A program made the translations under genes and the position numbers. The notes beneath the pieces were generated by a model. The model had not been told where the DNA came from and searched no databases. It saw only the letters and a program-made list of their open reading frames with translations. From Candidatus Omnitrophota bacterium (lineage in GTDB: Bacteria > Omnitrophota > Gorgyraeia > Gorgyraeales > Gorgyraeaceae), in contig JAPLMD010000026.1 of NCBI GenBank assembly GCA_026387235.1, positions 973-64,972 on the forward strand: a DNA stretch of 64,000 bases, given 5' to 3'. This document shows, in pieces, positions 1 to 10,827 of this stretch (its first letter is position 1; every line of letters starts with the position of its first letter).

Positions 1-544
1 GATAATCGTCGTATTTAAGCCCCATGCCCCCCAATATTATAATATCCACTTCCGCCTGCATCGCGATGCGGGCCAAAAGTTCATTGTAAGGCTCTCCTGG
101 CACTGAAAATATCGGAAGCTTCTGCGACTCTACGAGTGAATTAAATACATCTATCATTGGGATGCCGGTGCGGATCATTTTTCTGGGGATAATCCTCTTC
201 GCCGGGTTCACCGAAGGCCCGCCTATCTCCACCATGTTCTCTTCAAGCTTCGGCCCGTTATCCCTGGGAAGGCCGGCCCCGTTAAACAAGCGGCCCATGA
301 GATTTTCCGTAAACGAAACTCTCATGGGATGCCCCAAAAATCTTATTTTATCTCCCGTAGAGATGCCGCGGCTGCCGGCGAATACCTGCAGATACACCCT
401 CTCTCCGTCTATCCTTATCACCTGCGCCAGGGATTTTCCCGCCCCGGAATAAATCTCAGCCAGGTCGCTGTAACCAATGTCTCCCGCCTCAACGGTAATT
501 ACGTTGCCGGCTATCTGAATTATGCGGTTATATATTTTTTGCAT
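1..544 (-). CDS. atpB: V-type ATP synthase subunit B (second copy), 3'-truncated by window edge. The start at 544 overlaps the stop of the upstream A gene by about 25 nt.
   Basis: Manual reverse translation of 1-544 gives [22 protein letters not shown]...[22 protein letters not shown]...[16 protein letters not shown]...[23 protein letters not shown]. This is a typical V/A-type B-subunit N-terminus, located directly downstream of an A subunit. It is not in the ORF track because it runs off the window. Confidence 0.8.
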   Translation of the reverse strand, partial: MQKIYNRIIQIAGNVITVEAGDIGYSDLAEIYSGAGKSLAQVIRIDGERVYLQVFAGSRGISTGDKIRFLGHPMRVSFTENLMGRLFNGAGLPRDNGPKLEENMVEIGGPSVNPAKRIIPRKMIRTGIPMIDVFNSLVESQKLPIFSVPGEPYNELLARIAMQAEVDIIILGGMGLKYDDY

Positions 545-2253
545 ATTTCTTTTACCTGGTTTTCCTTTTTGTAAAACCCGTCCGACTGCCACTCGGACGA
601 ATTCCATTCGATAAATACCTGCCTCAGGCCCTGGAAAAATTTTCTGGCGGAGTCCTTATCTTTGAAATTAAATCCGGATTCCATGATCCCATGCAGCGCG
701 TGAAACACGTATTTCTGCCTTTCTTCAATCGTGGCCGCGTCCACTTCGTCAAACGCATTCTGCTGGAGATACACGTCGTCTATAAACTCGCCTTTAAGGT
801 AAATCGCGAAATCCGAAAGAGATGTGCCTTCTTCTCCCACGACCTTCATCATCTGCTTCACTTCATAGCTCCTTCGTAAAACAGCCTGGGCCTTTTTTAT
901 TTCTTTCTCGTCTATGAAACTAGCGTATTTGCTCCAGCTCTCAAGAGGGTCTATCGCGGGATATCTTCTGGCGTCTGATCTTTCGCGCGAAAGCCCGTGA
1001 AACGCGCCTACGACTTTTAATGTGGCTTGCGTGACAGGCTCTTCAAAGTTTCCTCCGGCCGGGCTCACTGTGCCGCCTATCGTAACAGAGCCTGAACTTC
1101 CGTCGTGTAATCTTACCAGGCCCGCCCTTTCATAAAATGAGGCGATCCTATTTTCAAGATACGCGGGAAACGCTTCTTCTCCCGGAATTTCTTCAAGTCT
1201 TCCTGACATCTCGCGCATTGCCTGCGCCCATCTGGAAGTGGAATCAGCGAGCAGAAGCGCATTTAGTCCCATCTGGCGGTAATACTCAGCAATGGTAACG
1301 GCTGTATAAACGCTTGATTCCCTGGCGCTCACCGGCATCGAGCTGGTGTTGCAGATAATAACAGTCCGCTCTATCAGGCTTTTCTTTGTCCTGGGATCTA
1401 CAAGATGCGGGAATTCCCTCAATGTCTCTACAACCTCGCCTGCCCTTTCTCCGCACGCCGCTATGATAACTATGTCGACTTCCGCGTGTTTGCTTATTAA
1501 CTGCTGCAAAACTGTTTTTCCCGAACCAAAAGGCCCTGGTATGCAGTATGTCCCGCCCAAGGCGACCGGCATGAGCGTATCAATAATCCTGATTTTTGTA
1601 GTCAATGGTTTTACAGGCCTTAATTTTTCGGCAAAGCATGCTATGGGCACTTTTACAGGCCAGGACTGAGACATAGTAACAGGATAAATATTTCCGTTCT
1701 CGTCTTTCAGCTCCGCTATCAAGTGTTTTATGTTATACCTGCCTTTACCGGCTATCTTCGCTACTTCAACCTGGCCTTTTAAGATAAACGGCGCCATGAT
1801 CCAGTGCTCAAAAATACCTTCGGCCGTAAATCCTAATTTTTCTCCGGGTTTTATTTTCTGGCCGATTTTAGCGGCCGGCGTAAATTCCCATTCTTTTTTA
1901 GCGTCCAGCGCTTCCAAGTATAATCCTCTTTTTAAGAAAAACCCTGTCTTTTCGGCTAATTGCGGCAATGGATTCTGCAGGCCGTCGAATATCTGGCCCA
2001 ATAGCCCGGGCCCCAGTTCTACGGAAAGAAGCTCGCCTGTAAATTCCACTCTTTCTCCGAGCTTGAGGCCTTTCGTATCTTCATATATCTGGAGTTCAGC
2101 GACATTGCCCCTGACGCGTATCACTTCTGACTTAAGGCGCTCTTCATTATGCGCGATAAAAGCGACTTCATTCTGCATGACATGGTCTTTAAACTCGACC
2201 GTTGCCATGTTCCCGTTTATGCCGGTTAGTATCCCGATTCTTTCCGCGTTCAT
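520..2253 (-). CDS. atpA: V-type ATP synthase catalytic subunit A (copy 2, diverged paralog of 5904-7667)
   Basis: 577 aa. Walker A-like motif GPFGSGKT. A-subunit signature blocks are present ([45 protein letters not shown]). It is followed by a B subunit. Confidence 0.9.
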   Translation of the reverse strand: MNAERIGILTGINGNMATVEFKDHVMQNEVAFIAHNEERLKSEVIRVRGNVAELQIYEDTKGLKLGERVEFTGELLSVELGPGLLGQIFDGLQNPLPQLAEKTGFFLKRGLYLEALDAKKEWEFTPAAKIGQKIKPGEKLGFTAEGIFEHWIMAPFILKGQVEVAKIAGKGRYNIKHLIAELKDENGNIYPVTMSQSWPVKVPIACFAEKLRPVKPLTTKIRIIDTLMPVALGGTYCIPGPFGSGKTVLQQLISKHAEVDIVIIAACGERAGEVVETLREFPHLVDPRTKKSLIERTVIICNTSSMPVSARESSVYTAVTIAEYYRQMGLNALLLADSTSRWAQAMREMSGRLEEIPGEEAFPAYLENRIASFYERAGLVRLHDGSSGSVTIGGTVSPAGGNFEEPVTQATLKVVGAFHGLSRERSDARRYPAIDPLESWSKYASFIDEKEIKKAQAVLRRSYEVKQMMKVVGEEGTSLSDFAIYLKGEFIDDVYLQQNAFDEVDAATIEERQKYVFHALHGIMESGFNFKDKDSARKFFQGLRQVFIEWNSSEWQSDGFYKKENQVKEICKKYITA

Positions 2254-2750
2254 GTTTTTCCTGTCAATCCTTCTAAAATTTTCATGCCATCGCCTGAATT
2301 AATCCTGTCCCATCTCTCTAATATCTGAAGCTGTAAACCGTATGCCGCAAGATATTCCGTGTCGAAATAATGGCCGGATTTGATCTCTTCTATCTTCTCC
2401 CATCTTATCTTATCCAGATACATTTCCGCGTCCATGGGCGAATGTTGATTCACTGCCCAGTGCGCCAAAGGCGCGATAAAAGGATCAATGCCCTCGCTGC
2501 CGCGTAAATAACTATTCGGATCTTTGCCTTTTTTAACAGCCCTTGTTCTTGCGAGTTCGTTTCTGAGGCCTGTGTCAAAAATCTTCCATTTTTTCAGCAA
2601 AGGGTTTTTATCCTCTTTTAAAGCGCCCATTTCATCCTGGCTCAATTGCCGGCCGCACTCTTCAAGAAAATCCGAATAAGAGAACGCCGGCTTCATGCCG
2701 AAATGAAGCATAGGTAAACTTGCGATTAAATAATAGTAACTATTTTTCAT
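2250..2750 (-). CDS. Hypothetical protein sitting in the conserved E-x-A slot of Chlamydia/Treponema-type V-ATPase operons
   Basis: 166 aa with no recognisable catalytic motif. Its stop overlaps the atpA start (ATGA). The position between subunit E and subunit A matches the uncharacterised gene found there in chlamydial and spirochaetal V-ATPase operons. Confidence 0.4.
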   Translation of the reverse strand: MKNSYYYLIASLPMLHFGMKPAFSYSDFLEECGRQLSQDEMGALKEDKNPLLKKWKIFDTGLRNELARTRAVKKGKDPNSYLRGSEGIDPFIAPLAHWAVNQHSPMDAEMYLDKIRWEKIEEIKSGHYFDTEYLAAYGLQLQILERWDRINSGDGMKILEGLTGKT

Positions 2751-3349
2751 TTTATTACTTTAGCTAATTCCGGATTAAGATATACGCACAAAGTTTCCAG
2801 CAATCCTTCATCGCTGAAATCAAAATATGATTTGCCTTTATCAAAACTTATGGAAAATCCTGCGTTTATATTTGCCGACGGCCTGAATTCCACGCCGGCC
2901 TTGATCCTGTCCTTTAATTTAGACATGACAGAGTCTTTTATTTTTTCCAGGTCTTCTTTTTTTACCAGCACTTTTATGTCGCCTGCCTGGCTGTTTTTAT
3001 CAATATATTTATCTATCAGGCCTGCCAGTATGCCTGTCATCTCTTCATTGGACAGGGCCTTATTTATCTCGCCTGCTATAATCTTATTTAATATATTTTT
3101 TATATCTTCTTTCAAGGAAAGCAAAAGATCCCTGGATGCATGTTTTACGCTGAGATCGGCATTCGCTTTGGTTTTCTCAGCCTCAACCTTAGCCTTCTGA
3201 ACAATCTCATCAGCAAGTTTCTTGGCGTTTTCCAGTATCTTCCCTGCGTCTACCCTGGCCTTATCTTCTATGGCCCTGGCCTTTTCCTCCGCTGATTTTA
3301 TCCCTTCCTGGTTTATTTTTTCAAGAAGATCTTTTAAATTTTCTGACAT
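2747..3349 (-). CDS. atpE: V-type ATP synthase subunit E (copy 2)
   Basis: 200 aa. Lys/Glu/Ala-rich N-terminal coiled coil (EEKARAIEDKARVDAGKILENAKKLADEIVQKAKVEAEK) plus C-terminal globular part. Operon context. Confidence 0.7.
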   Translation of the reverse strand: MSENLKDLLEKINQEGIKSAEEKARAIEDKARVDAGKILENAKKLADEIVQKAKVEAEKTKANADLSVKHASRDLLLSLKEDIKNILNKIIAGEINKALSNEEMTGILAGLIDKYIDKNSQAGDIKVLVKKEDLEKIKDSVMSKLKDRIKAGVEFRPSANINAGFSISFDKGKSYFDFSDEGLLETLCVYLNPELAKVIK

Positions 3350-3354
3350 AATTC

Positions 3355-3425
3355 ACCTCTATTCTTCTCGACTTCGCTCGAAGAATATTGTTCGAGCGAT
3401 CCGCCGCAGGCGGAGAGTCGAGAAC
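3355..3425. repeat. Small hairpin-forming repeat element, copy 1 (intergenic between usp stop and atpE' start)
   Basis: attcttctcgacttcgctcgaagaata...tgttcgagc...gagtcgagaact is shared with 57003-57070. Arms are imperfectly inverted (TTCTTCTCGACTTCG / CGAAGxCGAGAAGAA). An internal palindrome ccgccgcaggcgg is present. Confidence 0.6.
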
Positions 3426-3432
3426 TCAGGTA

Positions 3433-3909
3433 TTATACTAACTCTTTATACAGCCTCTCTGCTTCTTGGGGATTTTTGAGTATTACTACAGGGCACGGAG
3501 ATTCTCTGAATATCCTTTCTCCCTCGCTGTAAAGCGCCTCTTTCCAGGACAAAACCTCTTTTAGATCTCCCATAACCAGCAGATCAGCCCCTAGTTCTCT
3601 TGCCTTGCCGGCTATTTCGCTATGAACCTCTCCCTTTAAAATCAAGTGTTCAAATTCCACTTTTTTATTTTCCGCCAAGGTTTTAACCCTTTGCATGAAA
3701 AGCCTGGACTGCTGTTCCATGTCTATCTCGTATTCCTTTGCCTCTATCTCCACAAATACCCTGCTTTTCAATAACTCCTGTATCGCGTTTTCGTCTATAA
3801 CATAAACGGCAATCAATTTTACCTGAAGAAGCTTCGCGAGATATATCGCGTACTTCGCGGTAATTATAGAAGCCGGCCCGCCTGCGAGCGGGGTAATAAT
3901 CTGCTTCAT
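3433..3909 (-). CDS. Universal stress protein (UspA family)
   Basis: 158 aa. Usp-type alpha/beta fold motifs (LIAVYVID..., GADLLVMGD...). Located between the two V-ATPase gene sets. Confidence 0.65.
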   Translation of the reverse strand: MKQIITPLAGGPASIITAKYAIYLAKLLQVKLIAVYVIDENAIQELLKSRVFVEIEAKEYEIDMEQQSRLFMQRVKTLAENKKVEFEHLILKGEVHSEIAGKARELGADLLVMGDLKEVLSWKEALYSEGERIFRESPCPVVILKNPQEAERLYKELV

Positions 3910-4523
3910 TACCTTATCCTTTCCTTTATAATCTTCAGCATTGAAAACGCTTCTCTTGAATCTTCGTCAAGCCTGTCGTTTATATATTTCACGCTGTCTT
4001 CATAAAAAGGCAGGTATATCTTTTCAAGGGCATTTACCTTTCTTATTGTTTTCTGGACCTCTTTGGCAATCCTGATAAGAGCTATCTTTTTTTCCGCAAG
4101 CTGGGTTATCAGCTTCAGGACTTCTTTGAACCTTATTATAACTTCATCCACATGAAAACTTACTTCATACGTGCTATAGTACGGAGGGTTTTCCTTTACG
4201 TTCATGTTTATTATAGGCAAGCTTACGCCCATGACTCTTCTTTCGGTAATAGAAAGGTTTGTTTTTATGTCTATTGAAAAACTCAATTCTTCTAATCTTT
4301 TTCTGCCCATTATGACAATGGTTTTATCTACGAGCCCATACGCGCTCTGCATGGCAGCATCCACCTCGCGCTGGAGCTTGTCCACGATATGGACGATAGA
4401 AGTCAGTTCATTTATAAGAATCCTTCTTTTCTCGTCTAAAAGATCGTGGCCTTCTCTTGTGAGAGACAATAGCTTCTTGGACTTTAAAAGATTTGTTTTT
4501 GTGGCGGCAATATTAATTTTCAT
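3909..4523 (-). CDS. atpD: V-type ATP synthase subunit D
   Basis: 204 aa. N-terminus [36 protein letters not shown] matches the subunit D consensus (..PTRMELL.LK.RL..A..GH.LL..KR..L). Follows subunit B. Confidence 0.85.
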   Translation of the reverse strand: MKINIAATKTNLLKSKKLLSLTREGHDLLDEKRRILINELTSIVHIVDKLQREVDAAMQSAYGLVDKTIVIMGRKRLEELSFSIDIKTNLSITERRVMGVSLPIINMNVKENPPYYSTYEVSFHVDEVIIRFKEVLKLITQLAEKKIALIRIAKEVQKTIRKVNALEKIYLPFYEDSVKYINDRLDEDSREAFSMLKIIKERIR

Positions 4524-5902
4524 TGTTTTTTCTTATAGTGCTTTTTCAAATCTTCTTCGCGTATCCTCACCAGCTCTTCCGCAGGAAGAGATGATACAAT
4601 ATCCCATCCCAGATCCAGCCCGTCTTCCATGGTCCTGCGCTCCATATGCCCCTGGCTCAGGAATTTTTTCTCAAAATCTTCTCCGAATTTCAGATAAAGT
4701 TTATCCAGGCTGGAAAGCTCTTCTTCTCCTATGATCGACGCGAGCGCCCTGACATCTTTCACGTGGGCGTAGCACGCGAATAACTGCGAAGCCAAAGGCG
4801 GATGATCGTCTCTGGTGAGGCCTTTTCCTATATTATCTTTCATGAGCCTTGACAGAGACGGAAGCCCTGCTATGGGAGGATATATCCCTCTATTGTACAT
4901 CTCTCTCTCGAGAACAATCTGGCCTTCAGTAATGTAGCCCGTGAGGTCAGGTATAGGATGAGTGATGTCGTCGTTAGGCATTGTGAGAATAGGAATCTGC
5001 GTTATAGAGCCTTTGATCCCTTTTATCATACCTGCTCTTTCGTATATGCTCGCCAGGTCGCTATAAAGGTACCCTGGATAGCCTTTTCTAGCCGGTATCT
5101 CGCCTCTTATCGTGGAAACCTCTCTCAACGCCTCGCAATAATTCGACATGTCTGTCATAATTACAAGGACGTGCATGTTTTTCTTGAACGCCAGGTATTC
5201 CGCGCAGGTCAATGCCAGCCTGGGGGTTAAAAGCCTTTCTGTTGACGGGCTGTCAGCCAGGCTCAAAAATATCGCTACCCTTTCAAGGACCCCTGATTCT
5301 TCGAAACTTTTTTGGAAAAATCTCGCCGTATCGTATTTAACTCCCATGGCCACGAAAATGACGCAGAAGTTTTCTCCCTTGACCTGCGACTGGCGCGCGA
5401 TCTGCGTGCCGAGAAGGTCGTGCGGCAGGCCGCTTCCTGAAAATATCGGAAGCTTCTGGCCTCTCACGAGCGTATTCATGACGTCTATTGAAGAAATGCC
5501 TGTCTCTATGATGTTCTCGGGATAATTTCTTGAAACAGGATTTATCGCCAGGCCGTTCACGTTTACCATTTCATCGTACACAGGCCTTGGCATGCCGTCC
5601 AGAGGATTGCCCAGGCCGTCAAAAACCCTGCCCAGGACATCTTCAGACACTCCCATTAAAAGCGGCTTTTCTTTAAAATTCACCCTGCAATTTTTTATAG
5701 CCAGGCCGCTTGTGCCTCCCAGGACTTCCACGATCGCGAAACCTTTGCCGACCTCAAGCGTAATCCCCGGCCTGGACCTGCCTTCGTCATCGACTATCTC
5801 CACAATCTCGTTATATCCTACGTTGTGGATATTGCGTATGATAAAAATAGGCCCTGTTATTTCTTCCAGTCCGACATATTCCCTTAGATTATATTCTTTC
5901 AT
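4520..5902 (-). CDS. atpB: V-type ATP synthase subunit B
   Basis: 460 aa. Non-catalytic P-loop remnant. Conserved [11 protein letters not shown] and [17 protein letters not shown] blocks. Stop/start coupling with A (5902/5904). Confidence 0.9.
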   Translation of the reverse strand: MKEYNLREYVGLEEITGPIFIIRNIHNVGYNEIVEIVDDEGRSRPGITLEVGKGFAIVEVLGGTSGLAIKNCRVNFKEKPLLMGVSEDVLGRVFDGLGNPLDGMPRPVYDEMVNVNGLAINPVSRNYPENIIETGISSIDVMNTLVRGQKLPIFSGSGLPHDLLGTQIARQSQVKGENFCVIFVAMGVKYDTARFFQKSFEESGVLERVAIFLSLADSPSTERLLTPRLALTCAEYLAFKKNMHVLVIMTDMSNYCEALREVSTIRGEIPARKGYPGYLYSDLASIYERAGMIKGIKGSITQIPILTMPNDDITHPIPDLTGYITEGQIVLEREMYNRGIYPPIAGLPSLSRLMKDNIGKGLTRDDHPPLASQLFACYAHVKDVRALASIIGEEELSSLDKLYLKFGEDFEKKFLSQGHMERRTMEDGLDLGWDIVSSLPAEELVRIREEDLKKHYKKKQ

Positions 5903-5903
5903 A

Positions 5904-7667
5904 TCAAAACTCCAATCCTTCGAGAGAGCTTTCTACTTCGGAAGGCAGCCCGGCTAATTTATCCATGTCTTCTTTTGACTCTGAATATTTAAACCTCATC
6001 CTTATAAGCTCCTGATAAATCTGGCTCTCTTTTATCTCGCTTATATTCATGCCTTTTTTAATAAGCCCGTCGCTTTTCTCGTAAAACTTGATTATGGATT
6101 TCAACATCAGAAATTGTTTGCGGCTCGAGGAATACGCGTCGATATCATCAAAAGCGCTCTGCTGCAGAAACGTATTCTTGAATATGGTGCACGTCTCAAG
6201 TATCAGCCTCTGCCTGTGGGGCAATATATCAGGCCCTACAAGCTTCACAACCTGGAGAAGCCTTTGCTCTTTCTGTAAAAGCTCCATTATGGCGTATCTC
6301 ATAGAAAGCCAGTCTTTATCTACATTTTTATGCCACCAGCCTTTCACGTCGTCCAGATATTCTGAATAGCTGTCTATCCAGCTTATAGAAGGATAATGCC
6401 TTGCGTTTGCGAGGTCCCTGTCGAGCGCCCAGAAACAGCGTATAAATCTCTTTGTGTGCGACGTAACAGGCTCTGAAAAATCTCCGCCCGGAGGAGAAAC
6501 AGAAGCGATAATCGTAATAGAGCCGTTTTCATTATTAAGGGTAGTGATTTTGCCTGCCCTTTCATAGAATTCAGCGAGCCTTGAAGGGAGATACGCCGGA
6601 AATCCTTCTTCAAGAGGCATCTCTTCCAGCCTTCCTGAAAGCTCTCTCAGCGCCTCTGCCCATCTTGAAGTAGAATCAGCCATAAGCGCTACGCTATAAC
6701 CCATGTCCCTGTAATATTCCGCGAGCGTAATACCCGTATAGATGCTGGCTTCTCTCGCCGCAACAGGCATGTTGGAAGTATTTGCTATGAATATGGTCCT
6801 TTCCATGATAGGCCTTTTAGTAACGGGATCGATAAGCTTCGGGAAATTTAAAAGAATATCCGTCATCTCGTTTCCTCTTTCCCCGCAGCCCACGTATATG
6901 ACTATATCCGCATTGCTCCACTTGGCAATCTGATGCTGGATAACAGTCTTGCCTGTCCCGAATCCTCCGGGCACGACAACGCATCCGCCCTTCGCGACAG
7001 GGAACAGCGTATCAATAACTCTCTGGCCGGTAATAAGAGGCTCGTCTACGGGAACCCTTTCTCCGTAAGGCCTGGGACGCCTGACAGGCCACTTTTGATA
7101 CATGAAAATTTCTTTTTCAGAATCCTTTTCTACTAATACCGCGATTTTTTCTTCTAAAGAATATTCGCCTCCCGCAGCAATCCATTTAATCTTTCCATGG
7201 GCATCCGGCGGAACTAAAATCTTGTGTTTTATCAAATTGGTTTCCTGAACTGCTCCTATAACTTCTCCCCGCTTTATATAATCGCCTTCTTTTTTCAAAG
7301 GCTCGAAATGCCATTTCTTTTTCCTGTCCAGGGCAGTGACGTGAACGCCTCTATTGATATAAAAGCCTTCTTTTTCTCTTAATATCTCAAGCGGCCGCTG
7401 TATCCCGTCGTAGATATTTCCCAATAGCCCGGGCCCTAATTCAACGTACAGAGGAAATCCCTGAGTATAGATAATATCTCCTGCTTTAAGAGAAGTAGTA
7501 TCTTCATAAACCTGGATATAGGCCTTGTCGTTTTTTAATCTTACAACCTCTCCGACAAGATGCTCCTGGCCTACCTCCACCATGTCCAGCATCCTTAAGA
7601 AAGTAACCTCTTCCGCTTCAACGACAGGCCCCATTACCCTATACACCTTACCCGCAGCCTTTAACAT
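5904..7667 (-). CDS. atpA: V-type ATP synthase catalytic subunit A (copy 1)
   Basis: 587 aa. Walker A-like motif [26 protein letters not shown] and [27 protein letters not shown] present. Confidence 0.9.
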   Translation of the reverse strand: MLKAAGKVYRVMGPVVEAEEVTFLRMLDMVEVGQEHLVGEVVRLKNDKAYIQVYEDTTSLKAGDIIYTQGFPLYVELGPGLLGNIYDGIQRPLEILREKEGFYINRGVHVTALDRKKKWHFEPLKKEGDYIKRGEVIGAVQETNLIKHKILVPPDAHGKIKWIAAGGEYSLEEKIAVLVEKDSEKEIFMYQKWPVRRPRPYGERVPVDEPLITGQRVIDTLFPVAKGGCVVVPGGFGTGKTVIQHQIAKWSNADIVIYVGCGERGNEMTDILLNFPKLIDPVTKRPIMERTIFIANTSNMPVAAREASIYTGITLAEYYRDMGYSVALMADSTSRWAEALRELSGRLEEMPLEEGFPAYLPSRLAEFYERAGKITTLNNENGSITIIASVSPPGGDFSEPVTSHTKRFIRCFWALDRDLANARHYPSISWIDSYSEYLDDVKGWWHKNVDKDWLSMRYAIMELLQKEQRLLQVVKLVGPDILPHRQRLILETCTIFKNTFLQQSAFDDIDAYSSSRKQFLMLKSIIKFYEKSDGLIKKGMNISEIKESQIYQELIRMRFKYSESKEDMDKLAGLPSEVESSLEGLEF

Positions 7668-8285
7668 CTAGAACACTCCCTTCAATAAATCCATGTATAT
7701 ATCATCATGCAGCCTTTTAAACCTGGCAGAAAACGTATTATCGTAAATAAGCCTGGAATCCTTTGATTGCACGATTACGCCTATATCCTTAAAATCGCAT
7801 TTTTTAAATTCAAGCGTAACGCCGTTTATATTTTTTATAAAATCCCCTTTTATTATTTTTTCATCGAGCGCTGAATACAGGACATCAACATCTCTCTCTC
7901 CTATAACCTCAACGCCTTCCGATATGGCTTTCTCCAGGAACGCTTTATAACCCTGATCTTTCCTGAATTCCGCGGCTATCTCTCTTACCTTTTCAAGCAC
8001 TGTTTCTATGAATCTGCTTTTTTCTTCCAGAAAAAGTTTTTTCTTTTCAAGATTCAAGGTAGAGAATATTTTTTGCCTCATCTTCTCCACCTCAATATCA
8101 TTTTTTTTAAGAGCTTCTTTCTTTTTATTTTCCGCCTCCTGGTTCGCTTCTTCCAGGATTTTGGATTTTTCTTTCCCGGCTCTTGTAAGTATGGAGCCGG
8201 CCTGAGCGGAAGCGTCTTCTATTATCTTTCTGCAGATTTCTCCCGCATCTTCTATCCTTGCTTTTGAATAAAGAGACTTGTCCAT
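7668..8285 (-). CDS. atpE: V-type ATP synthase subunit E (copy 1)
   Basis: 205 aa. Charged coiled-coil N-terminal half. Operon position between F and A. Confidence 0.7.
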   Translation of the reverse strand: MDKSLYSKARIEDAGEICRKIIEDASAQAGSILTRAGKEKSKILEEANQEAENKKKEALKKNDIEVEKMRQKIFSTLNLEKKKLFLEEKSRFIETVLEKVREIAAEFRKDQGYKAFLEKAISEGVEVIGERDVDVLYSALDEKIIKGDFIKNINGVTLEFKKCDFKDIGVIVQSKDSRLIYDNTFSARFKRLHDDIYMDLLKGVF

Positions 8286-8587
8286 CAGACGCTCACTCCT
8301 ATTATATCCTTCAGATAATCTCCGACGCTTCTCCTCTTAGCAGATCCTCCCCTTGAGGGAAGCTCGAGTATAAGAGGCATCTGGTTCTTGTACATAAGAT
8401 TATCCAGTTCCTGCCTTAAAAATAACGCTGCCTTTTCAGTCACCAGAATCACCCCTGCTTCTTCTGTTGCCAGCGCCACCTTTAAAGCCTCCAAGGCATT
8501 GGAACGGCTGGCAACCTCTCTTGTCTCTACGCCGGCCAGCCTGAAACCAAGGCCTGATTCCTTATCAGCTATGCAGAAAAACGTCAT
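8285..8587 (-). CDS. atpF: V-type ATP synthase subunit F
   Basis: 100 aa. GFRLAGVE...EEAGVILVTEKAA is typical of subunit F. Confidence 0.7.
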   Translation of the reverse strand: MTFFCIADKESGLGFRLAGVETREVASRSNALEALKVALATEEAGVILVTEKAALFLRQELDNLMYKNQMPLILELPSRGGSAKRRSVGDYLKDIIGVSV

Positions 8588-8922
8588 TATATTTTACCCA
8601 GGATCATTATAGCAATGATCAAGCCGTATATCGCGATACCTTCCGCAAGCCCTACGTATATCAGCGCTTTTCCTGCCATCTCCGGTTTCTCGCTTATCGC
8701 GCCTACTGCCGCCGCTCCTACGTGCGCCACTGCAATGCCTGCCGCAATCGCGCTAAGGCCTGTTGCGATCGATGCCGCTAAAAATGCCCATCCGACTATT
8801 GCCGGATCAGTTGCAGCCTGCTGCGCCTGCGCCCAAGCAGAACCGCAAAAAGAGATAAATAGAAAAAATATACAAAGCTTTACAACGCGCCACGACCATC
8901 TTATAATACGCTCCATGCCCAC
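8587..8922 (-). CDS. atpK: V-type ATP synthase proteolipid subunit K/c. Single hairpin with a signal-peptide-like N-terminal extension. The true start may be internal.
   Basis: C-terminal 75 aa form two TM helices with the conserved ion-binding Glu (GLAEGIAIYGLIIAIMILGKI). N-terminal 35 aa resemble a cleavable signal (LCIFFLFISFCGSAWA/QAQ). Confidence 0.75.
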   Translation of the reverse strand: MGMERIIRWSWRVVKLCIFFLFISFCGSAWAQAQQAATDPAIVGWAFLAASIATGLSAIAAGIAVAHVGAAAVGAISEKPEMAGKALIYVGLAEGIAIYGLIIAIMILGKI

Positions 8923-8925
8923 CTC

Positions 8926-10827
8926 CTAAATTTTGACCGGTTTATAAATCTCTTTGCCTGCCATGAAAAACTTTGAGAAAAACTCATAATAGTTCAGCCT
9001 CAGGGATTGTATGGTCACCACAAGCCCTTCTAGAAAAATTATAAGTATATTTCCTAAAATAACAACTAAAAAAGATAAAACCGCGCCGCCCGCGTCATTT
9101 ACGATCCGCGAGAGTTCGAATATAGCGATGAACAACCCCGCGTGCGCCAGCGCAAACGCGGCTATACGTATAAAGGATACTGTGTTCGCCAGATAGCTCA
9201 TGCCTACTTCCAGGATATCTATAGTGCTCTCCATGAGCGCTACCGGAATATTTTGTTTCTTTTTTTTAAAAATAGCCTCTATAAAAGGCTTCAGGAAAAG
9301 CAGGGTAACCCCGGCCGATATAATAGCGAAATAAATATTTATGCCCTGGGTTTTAGACATGGCCATTTTAGTAAAAAGCCCTATAGCTGACCAGTAGATA
9401 ATCCCGCCTATAAGGCCTGATTTGTCAAAAAGCGCTTTCAGATAATCCTTGTCCCTCATGGCATTTATTATATTTATCAGGATCCCGAGGCTTATAAAAC
9501 CCACGCCGAACATGATGCTAACTCTGAAAATCTCCATGATGTTCTCTATGGGCTTTATCCATAAAGAACGAAACTCTATCCCGAAAAAACTCCCGTAGAG
9601 CGCGCCGAATATGATCGAGCTTATCCCGCAGTATAGTAAAAGCGCGGATGCCTGCCTGACCTTTTCATTTTTACTAATTTTCAAAAACAGGCTCCCCAGG
9701 GACAATACAAGCCCGTGCCCTATGTCTCCGAACATGGCGCCGAACATGACGAGAAAGCCTATCGCGACGAATATCGTAGGATCAATGGTCCCATACCGCG
9801 GTATGCCGTAAGAATCTATTAATAATTCAAACGGCTTGAAAAACGCGTTATGCCTGAATCTCACCGGTATCTCTTCCTTCGGTATGTTCACTTCTTCCGC
9901 GTTCTTTGATTCAATGTAAGAGATTTTATCTATTCTTTTTATTTCTCTCACGACGTTTTCCTTTTCCTCCTTCGGGACCCAGCCTGAAAGAAGAACAGTT
10001 TTATCCGTTGTGCACAAATATTTTTTTGCCTCTAAAAGAGATTTTTTAAGCTTTATCAGGGATTGCATGCAGGACAAATCATCCCGGCGGCTTTCCCCTA
10101 CTTTTTTTATCTGATCTTGTACATCCTGGAGTTTCTTTTTTATGGCGCCTATTTCGCCTGACAACTTCCCTTCCACATCTTTGGAAATATCTTCCGTGTG
10201 CTTCGGAAATTCCATCTTTTCCCAAGCGATGTCCTTTAAAACCCTGTCTATAAAAACCCTGTCGCGCCTCAGCCCTATGAATAAAGCCGTGATCCTGTCG
10301 CCTTCTTTTTTAAAAGGATAAAATATATACGGGATATCCTTCAGGCTCCTTTCTAAAACTGAAATATTCTTCTCAACCGCCTTGCCCAGGGAAACCTCTA
10401 AAAAACTATACACCGATTCTCTTTTTAAAGAAAACAGCGGATAGGCTTTCAACTGCGAGAAGATGGAGTTTTTATTCTGCAGTTCTGAATCCAGCTCCTC
10501 TTTCTGGGCAAAAAAACGGGCTGCGTCATCCTCGATTCCGGTAAGTGTTTTTTTGATGTCATCGCAGGAAAAAGCCTTTATATCCTTGGCCGGCATAGGA
10601 GAAATGCCCAGCTTTTTTAAATTATCTCTTAATCTGGAGTCCAGCTCATCCCACTCAACGTATTCCTTGTCTATCTCATAAGGAGACAGCTCTCTCAGCT
10701 CATCCTCTATGTGACGTATATCAACCGGGTGAAATATCCCGAGTTTTAAAAGGTGATAGGTTACATCCTCTATCTTTTCTTTTAAAACAACCATGCTCAC
10801 TAATTCCATGCTTGATGCGGTCAGCAT
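8926..10827 (-). CDS. atpI: V-type ATP synthase subunit I (a-subunit)
   Basis: 633 aa. Cytoplasmic N-terminal half followed by a polytopic C-terminal half with the conserved ...RIAAFALAHAGLF... arginine helix. Confidence 0.8.
   Translation of the reverse strand: MLTASSMELVSMVVLKEKIEDVTYHLLKLGIFHPVDIRHIEDELRELSPYEIDKEYVEWDELDSRLRDNLKKLGISPMPAKDIKAFSCDDIKKTLTGIEDDAARFFAQKEELDSELQNKNSIFSQLKAYPLFSLKRESVYSFLEVSLGKAVEKNISVLERSLKDIPYIFYPFKKEGDRITALFIGLRRDRVFIDRVLKDIAWEKMEFPKHTEDISKDVEGKLSGEIGAIKKKLQDVQDQIKKVGESRRDDLSCMQSLIKLKKSLLEAKKYLCTTDKTVLLSGWVPKEEKENVVREIKRIDKISYIESKNAEEVNIPKEEIPVRFRHNAFFKPFELLIDSYGIPRYGTIDPTIFVAIGFLVMFGAMFGDIGHGLVLSLGSLFLKISKNEKVRQASALLLYCGISSIIFGALYGSFFGIEFRSLWIKPIENIMEIFRVSIMFGVGFISLGILINIINAMRDKDYLKALFDKSGLIGGIIYWSAIGLFTKMAMSKTQGINIYFAIISAGVTLLFLKPFIEAIFKKKKQNIPVALMESTIDILEVGMSYLANTVSFIRIAAFALAHAGLFIAIFELSRIVNDAGGAVLSFLVVILGNILIIFLEGLVVTIQSLRLNYYEFFSKFFMAGKEIYKPVKI

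Noticed and set aside
162-574. Plus-strand ORFs 162-452 and 329-574, and the many other plus-strand ORFs in the track that overlap minus-strand genes
   Set aside because: They lie antisense to well-supported genes (V-ATPase B/A, pyr genes, island genes). They have low-complexity or unusual composition and no motifs, so they are treated as spurious shadow ORFs.
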